DNA of 64,000 nucleotides from Cyanobacteria bacterium P01_A01_bin.123 (GCA_039815185.1 JBCBZT010000019.1:32001-96000), one strand, 5' to 3'; counted from the stretch's first letter, positions 9,666 through 21,855 are shown. Notes: generated from the letters alone by a model not told the origin. Numbers and translations are program-made.

Positions 9666-10749
9666 AGAACCGACCGCCAACGACTAATCCAGCGATCACA
9701 ATCAGTAACCGAAAGCCGAGGGTATAGTTTGGTCGGGGAGCCAGGGTAGAGCGGTAAAGCACAAACAACCCAATCCCCAACATCGAAATGGCGATGTAAG
9801 GAAATAGCACCGGGTTTTTAGCCACCACAAAATCGAGACAAATGCGGACAATAGCTGCCCCACTGAACCAAATCAACCCATCTAACGGTGTCAATCGCGA
9901 TCGCGATTGGACAGGCCGTTTACGTTGTTGAGGGGCATATTTAGAATGGGGTTTGGGCGATGGCCCTACACGCTTGAGTCCTTTGTTCAGCAGATGGGTA
10001 ACCCAATGCCCCCCTCTACTGAGCACTGCAAGCGACTCAGTCCACAATCCACCCCAGCCCAGGTCAGCTAGGCGATTGGCGAGATCAAACCCAATGTGTT
10101 CTTGACGCCGATCGCGCAAATCACCTGCCACTTCTTGGGCCTGACGATGATCACGGTAGAGATCTACCTCTCGATAGTCCAGCACATAGGTTCCTCGGCG
10201 AGTTTGCTGCACCATCGGCACAACGGCAGATTGGAACTCACATAGCGCAGCCGCCATTTCCCCGGACAAGACATTTTGGTCGTTCCACGCGGCCATGTCA
10301 TATCCCTCAAAGGAAATCTGGTCGGCAATCGCTTTCATTGCCAACATGGCCGCCTCTTGATGTTCCGATAGTTGATTGATGTGTGCGGCCTGTTTAGCCA
10401 ATGCCTGTAAGTGGACTTCCATCTCCCACGGTTGTGGTGTTGTAGGTTGGCGAGATGGAGGCCCAAACTCCGCAGACGTAATCTCAGAGGCCCCAGCATA
10501 GGTCTGGGATTGCCCATCACTCCTAAAGGTTTGTAGATGCTGACTTGATCGTTGCTTCAGCGTTTCTACCGCTGCCGCATACTGATGCACGCTTGGGCGA
10601 ATCGAGGTCGGCCCGCTGCCAGCATTTGGAGACACAGCACGGGAGGGGGGGACCCAAGGTAATGTGGCCGCTTCTGAACTTAGCGGCTCTTGCCGAACGC
10701 GCTGAAGCTTTTCTTTAATCGCCTGAAGTTCCATTTCTTCACTTTTCAT
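9664..10749 (-). CDS. hypothetical protein, soluble coiled-coil N-terminus with C-terminal TM helices
   Basis: Long ORF; start MKSEEMEL chosen because the longer ORF runs through the LexA box. Confidence 0.8.
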   Translation of the reverse strand: MKSEEMELQAIKEKLQRVRQEPLSSEAATLPWVPPSRAVSPNAGSGPTSIRPSVHQYAAAVETLKQRSSQHLQTFRSDGQSQTYAGASEITSAEFGPPSRQPTTPQPWEMEVHLQALAKQAAHINQLSEHQEAAMLAMKAIADQISFEGYDMAAWNDQNVLSGEMAAALCEFQSAVVPMVQQTRRGTYVLDYREVDLYRDHRQAQEVAGDLRDRRQEHIGFDLANRLADLGWGGLWTESLAVLSRGGHWVTHLLNKGLKRVGPSPKPHSKYAPQQRKRPVQSRSRLTPLDGLIWFSGAAIVRICLDFVVAKNPVLFPYIAISMLGIGLFVLYRSTLAPRPNYTLGFRLLIVIAGLVVGGRF

Positions 10750-10802
10750 GGGGCTATTTGTGGAGACGTCAAAACAAAATCGGGGCCATCTCCCATCTGC
10801 AT

Positions 10803-10816
10803 AGTACAAATGTACT
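10803..10816. promoter_or_regulatory. LexA box
   Basis: AGTACAAATGTACT, exact match to the cyanobacterial LexA consensus RGTAC-N3-DGTWCB. Confidence 0.7.
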
Positions 10817-11198
10817 TTACTTTAGGTAAATGATCCACTTTTGACCCTAAATTTCTCGGAAATCTTAAGTCTGACCAAATTTCGCCTTTAACCCAGGCGA
10901 TCGGGCTGTAGTTTGTTGAGGTGAGTCCTGATTGGCTCACTGTTCTGATGGTCTACATTGTGTCTCCCTATCCTCCTCGATTCCCTGATAACGGGCTCAT
11001 CATCCAGGCCGAGCCCAAAAGATATCCGTAAGCATACTGAAACATTTCAAAACTGCACGGCGTCCTAGCTAGAAGCAAGGGATTTTACTGAGCGGAAGCG
11101 GTTCGCCGATTGCCTACCATGGGCTTAGTTAGGAGTATGTCCTAATGAGCTTGAGGGTAGGAACGCGATCGCGCTATCCGTTAGGAGACGTTTGACAC

Positions 11199-12044
11199 AT
11201 GGTTAAAGCATTTCGCGGGTCTGTGAACCGTTGGGCCCGTTCTAGGGGTGCAGATGGACTGCAGCCACTAGAGGCAAATGCCCAAATGCGCCCCAAATCC
11301 TGTCCTTATCACATCGTGATGGGGCTGCTGATGGGAGGTCAGGTGTTAATGCGTCTGATTCAGGGCAAGGTATCTCGCCGCTATGTCATGGAGCACATGA
11401 TTTCGGCTGGACCAGGGGCAGTTACCCCTGTCCTGATGACTAATTTTTTCGCGGGCATGATTTTTACAATCCAAACAGCCCGAGAGCTCGTTCGTTATGG
11501 GGCCATGCATGCTTTGGGGGGGGCTTTTGCCCTGGCCTTTTGCCGTGAATTGGCCCCAATTCTGACGGCAGCCATTTTGGCCGGCCAAGTCGGGTCAGCC
11601 TTTGCTGCAGAAATTGGCTGCATGAAAGTAACGGATCAAATCGACGCGCTGAAAATTTTGCGGACTGACCCAATTGATTATTTGGTCGTGCCTAGAGTCC
11701 TTGCCTGCTGCATTATGCTACCTGTGTTGACCGTACTGTCTCTAGTCATCGGCATCGGCGGTGGAGTGTTCGTGGCCTTCCAGTTCTATGGCGTGTCGCC
11801 CTCAATGTTTTTAGAGTCGGTGCGCTCAATGTTGGAACTCAGCGACCTCTTGACCGTGCTACTCAAAGCTATAATTTTTGGCGCGATGATTGCCCTTGCA
11901 GGTTGCAGTTGGGGGCTAACCACGACTTGCAGCAAAACCGTAGGCCGTTCTGCGACTTCGGCCGTAGTCAGTACCTGGGTTTCTCTCTTCGTCGTCGATT
12001 TCTTCCTATCACTGCTGCTGTTTAATGGTGTCCCAATCCATTAG
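11199..12044 (+). CDS. MlaE family lipid ABC transporter permease
   Basis: RELAPILTA, GQVGSAFAAEIG.MKVTDQIDAL, DPIDYLVVPR. Confidence 0.92.
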   Translation: MVKAFRGSVNRWARSRGADGLQPLEANAQMRPKSCPYHIVMGLLMGGQVLMRLIQGKVSRRYVMEHMISAGPGAVTPVLMTNFFAGMIFTIQTARELVRYGAMHALGGAFALAFCRELAPILTAAILAGQVGSAFAAEIGCMKVTDQIDALKILRTDPIDYLVVPRVLACCIMLPVLTVLSLVIGIGGGVFVAFQFYGVSPSMFLESVRSMLELSDLLTVLLKAIIFGAMIALAGCSWGLTTTCSKTVGRSATSAVVSTWVSLFVVDFFLSLLLFNGVPIH

Positions 12045-12135
12045 AGGATCCTGAGACCTTTGGAAATAAATGATCGACGGGGTCTCGCAGCATAAACTAG
12101 GCGCTCCGGAAATTGGCTCATGCGTAACCCTGATT

Positions 12136-12933
12136 ATGACTGAATCCTTATGGCTAGGGTTAGTGATTGGCAATTCGCGCCTGCACTGGGCCACCTTTTC
12201 TGGCGACAACCTCCAAGCAACTTGGCACACGCCCCATTTGCAAGATTCCCAAGTTGAGGCATTGATCAAGCAAAATTTTTGCCCCAGCAGTTGGCCGTCT
12301 TCAGGCGATCGCGTTCCCAGTCACATCACCTTCACCAAGCCCCCGATGGTGTGGATTGCTGCCGTTGTTCCGACTCAAGCTGCACTGTGGCAACGTCGCG
12401 ATTGCGTCATATTTATTAAGGCTGAACATATCCCCCTAGCCAACAGCTACAGCACCTTAGGTCTCGATCGCAGTCTGTCCCTGCTGGGTGCGATGGCCCA
12501 CTACGGAGACCCCATACTCGTGATTGATGCTGGCACAGCCTTAACTTTTACTGCTGGGGTTGAGCAGCGGTTCATCGGCGGTGCCATTTTGCCCGGTTTA
12601 CGATTGCAGTTTAGTGCACTTGCCCAAGGAACAGCAGCCCTGCCTGAAGTGGTGGATTGGCCTAGGAACCTACCTGAACGCTGGGCAACCAGCACCCCAA
12701 CGGCAATCCAGAGCGGTATTCTTTACACACTATTAGCTGGTATTGCGAACTATATCCAAACTTGGGAAAAACAATACCCAAACGGCCATGTCGTGATCAC
12801 TGGGGGCGATCGCGAGCCAATCGCTGACTGGCTGGCTCAACACGATCCCGCTTCAATCCAACGCCTCAAAACAGACCCCAATCTCATGTTTTGGGGTCTG
12901 CAACGCTATCGAAGCCAACTAATAGAGGGTTAG
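12136..12933 (+). CDS. coaX: type III pantothenate kinase
   Basis: IGNSRLHW, LGLDR, VIDAGTALT, GGAILPG, TGGD. Confidence 0.92.
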   Translation: MTESLWLGLVIGNSRLHWATFSGDNLQATWHTPHLQDSQVEALIKQNFCPSSWPSSGDRVPSHITFTKPPMVWIAAVVPTQAALWQRRDCVIFIKAEHIPLANSYSTLGLDRSLSLLGAMAHYGDPILVIDAGTALTFTAGVEQRFIGGAILPGLRLQFSALAQGTAALPEVVDWPRNLPERWATSTPTAIQSGILYTLLAGIANYIQTWEKQYPNGHVVITGGDREPIADWLAQHDPASIQRLKTDPNLMFWGLQRYRSQLIEG

Positions 12934-13445
12934 TTCCGTGTCAACCACTTCTGTCCGTTCAACCGTTGATTGACATAGAGCACCATCAAATCCAGAGTGA
13001 TTTTGCGTTCATCTCCCATAAATTGCTCAACGGTACTGGGGTTGCCACCGCCATCAGCCAGATAGAAAATTTTGCTGCCCTTAATATCTTCGCTTAAAAA
13101 CGCCACGTTAAATTGGCGCTTGCCCGACAACCAGTGGCCTGTGACATGCCAGCACTGATCACCGTCTTGTCCGCCTAAGACCGTCAATTTGCGCTGCTCA
13201 AAGGTCAGCACAATATCGTCTAAGCCATTTTCCTTAAGTGATTTGTCTAGAGCAGGAATAAAATGCTCAGCAATAAATTCTTGAAAAGGCTTATCTTCAA
13301 GAGCGGGTGGCTTTTCCTTCTTTTTAGCCTTCGCGGCCCCAGCCGCCTTGGCCGGAGCCGGTTTTGCTTTAGGCCCTGAAGACTCTACTTTGGATTGAGC
13401 CTCACCTGCGGAGGTTTGCTCTTGGGGCTTTTGATCTTCTGCCAT
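12930..13445 (-). CDS. DUF2996-like cyanobacterial protein
   Basis: KKEKPPALEDKPF...FMGDERKITLDL...RLNGQKWL. Confidence 0.8.
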   Translation of the reverse strand: MAEDQKPQEQTSAGEAQSKVESSGPKAKPAPAKAAGAAKAKKKEKPPALEDKPFQEFIAEHFIPALDKSLKENGLDDIVLTFEQRKLTVLGGQDGDQCWHVTGHWLSGKRQFNVAFLSEDIKGSKIFYLADGGGNPSTVEQFMGDERKITLDLMVLYVNQRLNGQKWLTRN

Positions 13446-13697
13446 ACGCCTCTTGCAACATCACCATTTAGCCTAGGAGATCGCCTCCCAGAGATATGAG
13501 CCTAGAGCAACTAGGCAACCTCTTGATGACGACCCCAAGGGGTACAGACTCGCTCGATCAGTTTTGATCTAGAGTTCATCATTCTTCTAAATCTTAAAGG
13601 CAAATGCCTCAAACGATCTGTTCTGTATCCCCCTTGGCCGAGCTCAGATGCTGCTGTATTGACCCCTGACAAGCTTAGTATCAACTAGGGCTGCTGC

Positions 13698-14726
<1,029 letters not shown>

Positions 14727-14832
14727 TCATTCACACCCACGTCTTAACTAAATGGTATAGCGCTGGACGTGGCCAAAGTTTATGTCTATTTTGCCAGGGG
14801 AACATATCCAGGAAAACGACACCCTGTTCAAA

Positions 14833-14929
14833 AAACACATCCGATTTGAAAACTTGTTCGCGCAGCGTCTCCGAAGGAGAAATGTTTAACTCAGAGAAAA
14901 ACTACGGATCTGGATGTAGCCAAGGTTTA
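14833..14929 (-). repeat. family A repeat interrupted by a small dispersed repeat
   Basis: Reverse complement TAAACCTTGGCTACATCCAGATCCGTAGTTTTTCTCTGAGTTAAAC[insert]CAAGTTTTCAAATCGGATGTGTTT; closely similar to the 30693 copy. Confidence 0.85.
14856..14880. repeat. small dispersed repeat (SDR-like)
   Basis: GTTCGCGCAGCGTCTCCGAAGGAGA, absent from the other family A copies; resembles cyanobacterial small dispersed repeats. Confidence 0.6.
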
Positions 14930-14973
14930 TTTTAGGGAGCTCTTAGGGTTCGTAGTTCTGACTTTTAAACCAG

Positions 14974-15013
14974 GTCGATGGAACCCAAGCATTTAAGCTA
15001 GCGTTCCATCGAC
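14974..15013. terminator. stem-loop between gmd and fcl
   Basis: GTCGATGGAAC...GTTCCATCGAC. Confidence 0.55.
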
Positions 15014-15031
15014 TTTAGGGTTGGGTCAGTC

Positions 15032-16111
15032 CTAGGACAGCATACCGCTGACATCTTTGCGCACTGTGGCAATGTCTAAACCAGCGGGCAAGCCATTTTG
15101 AGAGCTTGTCTTGACACCAACCGCTTCAAGATCAGCATCTACCATCAGCTTGACCAGCCCTTCAAAGGTAACGCTGGGTTCCCAACCTAGCTTTTGCTTA
15201 GCCTTAGCTGGGTCGCCAATCAGGATATCAACTTCCGTAGGGCGGAGATAGCGGGGATCAAATTCAACATGGTCTTGCCAATCTATGTTGACATGCTTGA
15301 AAGCAATATCGAGAAACTCGCGAATGGAGTGGGTTTCGCCTGTGGCTACCACATAATCATCAGGTGCATCTTGTTGCAGCATTAGCCACATGGCTCGCAC
15401 GTAGTCTTTGGCGTAGCCCCAATCACGCTTGGAGTCGAGGTTACCCAGATAGAGTTTTTTCTGCTGTCCAGCGACGATGCGGGCGAGGGCGCGGGTGATT
15501 TTTCGGGTTACAAACGTTTCACCCCGACGCGGTGACTCATGGTTGAACAAGATACCGTTGCAGGCAAATAGATCGTAGGATTCGCGGTAGTTCAGGGTTT
15601 GCCAGTGGGCATAAACTTTGGCACAGGCGTAGGGACTACGGGGATAAAACGGGGTGCTTTCCTTCTGAGGAATGTCTTGCACCTTACCGTACATTTCAGA
15701 GGAGCCTGCCTGGTAGAAGCGAACCTGCAAGCCAGTGCGCTGCTGATAGTCGCGGATAGCTTCTAGTAACCGCAGTGCTCCCATAGCCACTGTATCAACC
15801 GTGTATTCAGGAGAGTCAAAGCTGACGCGAACATGGGACTGGGCACCGAGGTTAAAGACTTCAGAGGGCTTCACCTGCTCCAAAATTCGGCGCAGCATAG
15901 TGCCATCGTTCAAGTCGCCATAGTGTAGGAACAGTCGGGCGTCATCACTATGGGGATCAACATAGATATGATCGAGCCGATCAGTGTTGAAGGTTGAGGT
16001 ACGACGAATGATGCCGTGAACCTCATAGCCATTTTCTAGGAGGAGCTCGGAGAGATAAGACCCATCCTGACCTGTAATACCGGTAATCAGCGCGCGCTTT
16101 GCTTGCGTCAT
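15032..16111 (-). CDS. gmd: GDP-mannose 4,6-dehydratase
   Basis: [44 protein letters not shown]. Confidence 0.98.
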   Translation of the reverse strand: MTQAKRALITGITGQDGSYLSELLLENGYEVHGIIRRTSTFNTDRLDHIYVDPHSDDARLFLHYGDLNDGTMLRRILEQVKPSEVFNLGAQSHVRVSFDSPEYTVDTVAMGALRLLEAIRDYQQRTGLQVRFYQAGSSEMYGKVQDIPQKESTPFYPRSPYACAKVYAHWQTLNYRESYDLFACNGILFNHESPRRGETFVTRKITRALARIVAGQQKKLYLGNLDSKRDWGYAKDYVRAMWLMLQQDAPDDYVVATGETHSIREFLDIAFKHVNIDWQDHVEFDPRYLRPTEVDILIGDPAKAKQKLGWEPSVTFEGLVKLMVDADLEAVGVKTSSQNGLPAGLDIATVRKDVSGMLS

Positions 16112-16566
16112 TGTTTAAGCTTTCCTCTCAATGCTAAGTAATGTGGGTAAATAGTCCGATTTGAAAATCAGATGCTTAGGCAGGATGCCCATGGCAATAA
16201 CAGTTCGTTATAAATACTGAGCACTAGGCTTAGCCGAATGGCCTTCAAAATTGACAAGGTGCTCAAATCCTTTCACAACGTTAGCTTGAAAGTCCACTCC
16301 CTTCATCAAGGAACTGTGTTTTGCCTGTAAAGAATGCCTTTATGAATGTCTACACCATTCAATAGGCCATTGGGGATCTCAGGGAATTTACCTTGACTCA
16401 CAAATCAGGAAAAGCTAGACAGTGCCTGGTTAGACGAGTCAACATCAATCAACAGGGGTGGACAAAATTTGGCAAGCCTCTGTATCGTCACGGTAATCAG
16501 AGTACCCATCTGCAGCGCAAACCATACGTTAGGGGTAGAGAGTTTTCTGCGTTGACGAGAAGAGCG

Positions 16567-16857
16567 TTAGGCGCGGCGATCGCGTTGGATATCATAAATC
16601 GCCTTTTCCCAGCACCATTGCTCGGAGCGTTCGGGGTTTTGCTGACGAACGCGCTCGACTAATCGTTGAGCCACCCCTGGATTACCGTTGACTAACCGCA
16701 TCAATGCTCTACGGGTGCGACCATCAACCCCGTTAACCTTAGGTTTACTCAACTGGGGAAGGCTATAGCCGCGCAGGGGCGATCGCTGTCGACGATTAAA
16801 CCAAAAATAGACCCCAACTAAAATCGCGATCGCGAACAGCAGCGGCAGCAAAGACAT
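16567..16857 (-). CDS. small membrane-anchored hypothetical protein
   Basis: N-terminal TM helix; AQRLV...NPERSEQWCWEKAIYDIQRDR helical domain. Confidence 0.75.
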   Translation of the reverse strand: MSLLPLLFAIAILVGVYFWFNRRQRSPLRGYSLPQLSKPKVNGVDGRTRRALMRLVNGNPGVAQRLVERVRQQNPERSEQWCWEKAIYDIQRDRRA

Positions 16858-16949
16858 GATGTGCGGAATTTAGATAGCAAGTTACTTCCAGCTTCGCTCA
16901 AAATCTTAGAAAATAACATCATTGCAAGTACGGATATCCCAATCAGCCC

Positions 16950-17546
16950 ATGGCCAGTTCATCTATTGCAGAACCACGAGCGCTAGAGATTTTGGCCTTT
17001 TGGTTTGATGAACCCAGCGGAGAGTTAGCGCAACTGCGAAAAGTTTGGTTTCAAAAAAACACTGCCTTTGACGAACAAATTCGCCAGCGGTTTTTAACCG
17101 ATTACGAAAAGGCAGCGACGGGTCAGTTAGAGACTTGGAAAACTCACCCCAAAAGTTGTTTAGCACTTATTCTGCTGCTCGATCAGTTTCCCCGAAATTT
17201 GTTTCGCCAAAATTCACGCAGCTTTGCCACTGACAAACAAGCTGTGGCTGTGGCCCAGTGGGCCATCGACCAAGGCTTTAATCAATCACTCATTCCTGTC
17301 GAGCAGTTATTCGTCTATTTGCCTTTTGAACATAGCGAGCAGCTTACCAACCAGCATCGGGCCGTCACCTTAATCGAACCCTTGGGTGAGGCTGACCCTG
17401 GCCTCGTTTCCTGCGTAGACTACGCCTACCGCCATCGGGATGTGATCGAACGCTTTGGTCGATTTCCCCACCGCAACGAGATTTTAGGGCGGTCTACAAC
17501 GCTAGCCGAAGCAGAATTTTTGCGCCAACCCGGTTCAAGATTTTAG
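16950..17546 (+). CDS. DUF924 family protein
   Basis: ILLLDQFPRN, YLPFEHSE, FGRFPHRN. Confidence 0.92.
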   Translation: MASSSIAEPRALEILAFWFDEPSGELAQLRKVWFQKNTAFDEQIRQRFLTDYEKAATGQLETWKTHPKSCLALILLLDQFPRNLFRQNSRSFATDKQAVAVAQWAIDQGFNQSLIPVEQLFVYLPFEHSEQLTNQHRAVTLIEPLGEADPGLVSCVDYAYRHRDVIERFGRFPHRNEILGRSTTLAEAEFLRQPGSRF

Positions 17547-17592
17547 GGAAAACACAAGTCGTTAGATTGATTCAGTCCTGTCAAAGTTAGTT

Positions 17593-18480
17593 TTGGGGGT
17601 CGTTGTGGACGTTGCATTTATCGGAATGGGAACCATGGGGGCGCCAATGGCCCTCAACCTGCTCAAGGCTGGATATAAAGTAACGGTGCACAACCGTACC
17701 CGCGATCGCGAAATCCCCCTAGCCTCAGCGGGTGCTAACCGCGCTGACTCACCCCAAGCCGCTGCTAAACAGGCCGCGGTGATTATCACCTGTGTCAGCG
17801 ACAGTGCGGATGTGGAGTCGGTCGTCCTGGGCGATCGCGGTGTCATTCACGGTGCGACTGCAGGATCCATTGTTGTGGACATGTCTACCATTAGCCCCGG
17901 TACGACTCGCCAGATTGCTGCAACCCTGGCTCAACACAGCATCGCAATGCTCGATGCCCCTGTCTCCGGCGGATCCGAAGGAGCACAAAAGGGCACGCTC
18001 TCAATCATGATTGGCGGGAACGCCGCCGATGTGGAACAGGTGCGTCCGGTTTTGGCGGCAATGGGCAGCACCCTAACCCACGTTGGCGACATTGGCGCGG
18101 GGCAGGTGACCAAAGCGATCAACCAGGTAATTGCGGCGGGGACGTATTGGGCAGTCGCTGAGGGCATGGCTTTAGGCCTCAAAGCTGGACTGGATATGAC
18201 CAAGGTCGTCCAGGCGGTCGGCAGTGGGGCAGCAGGCTCCTGGGGTCTCACGAACCGTTCTGGCAACATGATTGACAACCACTATCCCCTCGGGTTTCGA
18301 GTCCGATTGCACCGCAAAGATCTCAACATTGCCTTAGAGGCGGCTCGCGAACTGGGGGTCACCCTGCCCATGGCAGCTTATGTCGAACAAATCGAAACGG
18401 GGCTCATTGCCCAGGGCTATGGCGATGAAGACCTGTCGGCGATCGCCCGCAGTATTCGACAGCAGTCCGCAATCGACTAG
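17593..18480 (+). CDS. NAD(P)-dependent beta-hydroxyacid dehydrogenase (3-hydroxyisobutyrate DH / tartronate semialdehyde reductase family)
   Basis: FIGMGTMG, DAPVSGG, KAINQ, KDL; start may be a few codons later. Confidence 0.92.
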   Translation: MGVVVDVAFIGMGTMGAPMALNLLKAGYKVTVHNRTRDREIPLASAGANRADSPQAAAKQAAVIITCVSDSADVESVVLGDRGVIHGATAGSIVVDMSTISPGTTRQIAATLAQHSIAMLDAPVSGGSEGAQKGTLSIMIGGNAADVEQVRPVLAAMGSTLTHVGDIGAGQVTKAINQVIAAGTYWAVAEGMALGLKAGLDMTKVVQAVGSGAAGSWGLTNRSGNMIDNHYPLGFRVRLHRKDLNIALEAARELGVTLPMAAYVEQIETGLIAQGYGDEDLSAIARSIRQQSAID

Positions 18481-18489
18481 CGGCTCTCC

Positions 18490-19146
18490 TTACCGCCTCC
18501 GCTCCTGCAACTTACGATATACAGCTTTGATGTCCACATTATGGTGGGCCAGGGCGACTAGGGTGTGATATATCAAGTCGGCGACTTCCCCGGCGATCGC
18601 GTCGGGGTCATCATCTTTGCAGGCCATCACCACTTCAGCAGACTCTTCGCCGATTTTCTTGAGGATTTTGTTGTCGCCACCCGAGAGCAGTTTGTGGGTG
18701 TAGGAACCTTCCTGGGGGCGATCGCGGCGATCGCAGATGACGCTATACACCTGGGATAGGGTATCCGCTGGGGGGGGATTCACGGTGCCCTCAATTTGAT
18801 GAAAGCAACTCCGTTCTCCGGTGTGGCAAGCCACATCTCCAATTTGCTCGACCGTTACCAGCAAGGCATCGCTGTCGCAGTCATAGCGGAGGGTTTGGAC
18901 TTTTTGCAGGTGTCCCGAAGTTTCCCCCTTGTGCCAAAACTGCTGCCGTGAGCGACTCCAAAACCAAGTATCGCCGGTTTCTAGCGTTTTGTGCAGCGAT
19001 TCGCGGTTCATCCAGGCCATCATCAACACCGTGCCATCGAGATAGTCTTGAACGATGGCAGGCACCAGCCCTTGGTCGTTATAGCGAATTTGATCGAGCG
19101 GAATGGCAGCCGCAAAGCCAGCAGCCTCAGACGGTGGAGAAGTCAT
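18490..19146 (-). CDS. hisIE: bifunctional phosphoribosyl-AMP cyclohydrolase / phosphoribosyl-ATP pyrophosphatase
   Basis: [26 protein letters not shown]. Confidence 0.97.
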   Translation of the reverse strand: MTSPPSEAAGFAAAIPLDQIRYNDQGLVPAIVQDYLDGTVLMMAWMNRESLHKTLETGDTWFWSRSRQQFWHKGETSGHLQKVQTLRYDCDSDALLVTVEQIGDVACHTGERSCFHQIEGTVNPPPADTLSQVYSVICDRRDRPQEGSYTHKLLSGGDNKILKKIGEESAEVVMACKDDDPDAIAGEVADLIYHTLVALAHHNVDIKAVYRKLQERRR

Positions 19147-19297
19147 AGCAGTGAGAATTACAAATCAAACGAACTGACTCACCCATTTTGCAGCATGCTT
19201 GAACAATCCTTAACAACTCTCAAGCCTGGCGAAGCAACTCGATAGGATAAGAAAACCTGCTGATAATCACGAACAGCGAGACCTTAAGGAGACCCAC

Positions 19298-20599
19298 TTG
19301 GTTAGCACAACATCTTTAAAGACCACTAAATCAGAAGAAATTTTTGCCGCCGCCCAAAACCTGATGCCGGGTGGTGTCAACTCCCCCGTCCGGGCGTTTA
19401 AATCTGTCGGCGGACAACCCATCGTATTTGATCGCGTCAAAGGTTCACACATTTGGGATGTGGACGGCAACGAATATATCGACTATGTCGGCACTTGGGG
19501 GCCCGCCATCTGCGGCCATGCCCACCCCGAAGTGCTTCAAGCCCTCTCGGATTGTCTTGAAAAAGGGACCAGCTTTGGTGCCCCTTGCTATCTCGAAAAT
19601 GTGCTGGCCGAAATGGTGATCAACGCCGTGCCCAGCATTGAGATGGTGCGCTTCGTCAACTCTGGTACTGAAGCCTGCATGTCTGTCTTGCGACTGATGC
19701 GAGCCTTTACCGGACGCGACAAAATCCTGAAATTTGAAGGCTGCTACCACGGTCATGCCGATATGTTCTTGGTTAAGGCGGGTTCTGGTGTGGCAACCCT
19801 CGGCTTACCCGACTCGCCGGGTGTCCCTAAATCCACGACGGCCAACACCCTCACAGCGCCTTACAACGATTTAGAAGCCGTCAAAAAGCTATTTGCCGAG
19901 AATCCCGGTGAAATCTCTGGGGTGATTCTCGAACCTGTGGTCGGCAACTCTGGCTTTCTTGTGCCTGATGCTGGATTCTTGGCAGGATTGCGGGAGATCA
20001 CGCAAGCAGACGGTGCCCTACTGGTTTTTGACGAAGTGATGACCGGGTTCCGCATTGCCTACGGCGGTGCTCAAGAGAAATTCGGCGTCACCCCAGACCT
20101 CACCACCCTGGGCAAGATCATTGGTGGTGGATTGCCTGTGGGTGCTTACGGCGGACGCCGCGACATCATGGAGATGGTGGCTCCTGCTGGCCCGATGTAC
20201 CAAGCTGGGACATTATCGGGTAACCCTCTGGCCATGACAGCTGGCATCAAGACTTTGGAAATTCTCCAGCGTCCGGGAGCCTATGATCAGCTTGAAGCCA
20301 CGACTCAAAAGTTGATTAATGGGCTGTTGCAAGCGGCTCGGGATGCTGGCCACGAAGTCTATGGCGGTAACATCAGCGCTATGTTTGGCTTGTTTTTCAC
20401 CGCAGGGCCAGTCCACAATTACGATGACGCTAAAAAGTCTGATCTGCCAAAGTTTGGCCGTTTTCATCGCGGCATGTTGGAGCAGGGGATTTATCTAGCT
20501 CCCTCACAGTTTGAGGCGGGCTTTACCTCATTGGCTCACACCGATGAGGATATCGAGAAGACAATCGCAGCCGCTCGGGCTGTGTTAGCGGATCTGTAA
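19298..20599 (+). CDS. hemL: glutamate-1-semialdehyde 2,1-aminomutase (TTG start)
   Basis: [39 protein letters not shown]. Confidence 0.98.
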   Translation: MVSTTSLKTTKSEEIFAAAQNLMPGGVNSPVRAFKSVGGQPIVFDRVKGSHIWDVDGNEYIDYVGTWGPAICGHAHPEVLQALSDCLEKGTSFGAPCYLENVLAEMVINAVPSIEMVRFVNSGTEACMSVLRLMRAFTGRDKILKFEGCYHGHADMFLVKAGSGVATLGLPDSPGVPKSTTANTLTAPYNDLEAVKKLFAENPGEISGVILEPVVGNSGFLVPDAGFLAGLREITQADGALLVFDEVMTGFRIAYGGAQEKFGVTPDLTTLGKIIGGGLPVGAYGGRRDIMEMVAPAGPMYQAGTLSGNPLAMTAGIKTLEILQRPGAYDQLEATTQKLINGLLQAARDAGHEVYGGNISAMFGLFFTAGPVHNYDDAKKSDLPKFGRFHRGMLEQGIYLAPSQFEAGFTSLAHTDEDIEKTIAAARAVLADL

Positions 20600-20627
20600 G
20601 CGATCGCGTTAGCAACTGTTTCTCAAC

Positions 20628-20686
20628 AATCCCCTGTGCATTTGCGAAAAGGTTCCTTTCAGGACTTGGATACTGTACGGGGGATT
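20628..20686. terminator. stem-loop after hemL
   Basis: AATCCCCTGTGCA...TGTACGGGGGATT followed by a T run. Confidence 0.45.
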
Positions 20687-20695
20687 TTTTCATCC

Positions 20696-20917
20696 TCAAA
20701 AAAAACTACTCAAACTAACCAGGGGCAAAATGGTTCGGATGTTATGGTTCAGCGTTTTGAGTTGGGACAAGGGGCGATCGCTGCTGGGCAATGTCAATTC
20801 TGAAATTTTGAGGCCATACCCCAACTCCGCCAGAATGTCTTCGAGTTCGTAGGGCAACTCGCAATAAGACCGGAAGGTGTAAGACTGCCCCTCTTGGAGA
20901 ATTTGTGGCCTAGACAT
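20696..20917 (-). pseudogene. truncated gene fragment (N-terminus of a cyanobacterial hypothetical family)
   Basis: MSRPQILQEGQSYTFRSYCELPYELEDILAELGY...LPLVSLSSFF* stops abruptly at a homopolymer run; family recognised from memory only. Confidence 0.55.
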
Positions 20918-20921
20918 TTTG

Positions 20922-21027
20922 GAAGTTTGACAAGTGGTTGTTGGGCTATGGCTATTATGACAAGGGGTTGCTGAGAAGTTTGACAAATGGTTGTTGGGCT
21001 ATGGCCATTATGGCAGGGGGTTGCTGG
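20922..21027. repeat. 2 x 53-bp tandem direct repeat
   Basis: Units 20922-20974 and 20975-21027, five mismatches. Confidence 0.95.
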
Positions 21028-21138
21028 GTTTAACGCGCTCTTTAGTTTGAAGCATAGCGACGATCGCGTCACCAGTATCGAACTATCAAACAGGCTAGAT
21101 ATACTAAAAGTACTCTACAGACAGCATTAACGTTAGCC

Positions 21139-21786
21139 ATGGTTAGAGCTGCACCCAGCCCTCAAAATATTCCCACTGATGCCTGGGTGCAAGCCACTTG
21201 GGGCGAATATGTTGGGTTGGTTGACAGCCTCATTTTTGAATCAGGACGGTGCTACTACGAAGCAGGGGAGATGCGAGTAGAGATGTCTCCATTAGGGCCA
21301 AGTCATGCTAGAGACAATGCAATTTTGTCGAAGGTTGTCAGTCTGTTTGCCACGCTTAAGCTGATTCGCATTGCGGAATATGTAAACTGTACGTTTCGCA
21401 AGCCGGGGATTCGCGATGCTCAACCAGACATTGCCTTTTATTTAGGGCAGGATGTTCAATTCCCACCGCGCAATAATGAACCCGTCGATGTCACCCTTTA
21501 TAGGGTTCCGCAGCTTGTCGTTGAAGTTGCATCGAGTAGTTTGAGCGATGATTTGGGGAATAAGCGTTTATTGTATGAGCGGTTACGGGTAGGTGAGTAT
21601 TGGGTGGTGAATGTGGCAGCGGCGAGTGTGATTGCGTTTGAGATCGCAAACGGGGGGAGTCATCAGGTTAATGAATCAACCGTTTTGCCCGGGCTGAAAA
21701 TTTCATTGGTTGAAGAAGCGTTGCGGCGGGGTGAGACGGAAGATGATGGAGCAATTAATCGATGGTTATTGAAACAGTTTGGCTAG
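21139..21786 (+). CDS. Uma2 family (DUF820) putative endonuclease
   Basis: MSPLGPSH, QPDIAFY, PQLVVEVASSS, KRLLYERLRVGEYWVV. Confidence 0.92.
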   Translation: MVRAAPSPQNIPTDAWVQATWGEYVGLVDSLIFESGRCYYEAGEMRVEMSPLGPSHARDNAILSKVVSLFATLKLIRIAEYVNCTFRKPGIRDAQPDIAFYLGQDVQFPPRNNEPVDVTLYRVPQLVVEVASSSLSDDLGNKRLLYERLRVGEYWVVNVAAASVIAFEIANGGSHQVNESTVLPGLKISLVEEALRRGETEDDGAINRWLLKQFG

Positions 21787-21855
21787 AAATTCTTAGGGCG
21801 ATCGCTCCATACTAAAGGCAGCGATGCGCTTTCACCCCCGATAAGCATCTCATAC

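Noticed and set aside
20922..21027. 53-bp repeats as a CRISPR array
   Set aside because: Only two adjacent units, no spacers, and no cas genes in the window.
21101..21114. LexA-like ATACTAAAAGTACT upstream of the Uma2 gene
   Set aside because: The spacing is one base too long for RGTAC-N3-DGTWCB.
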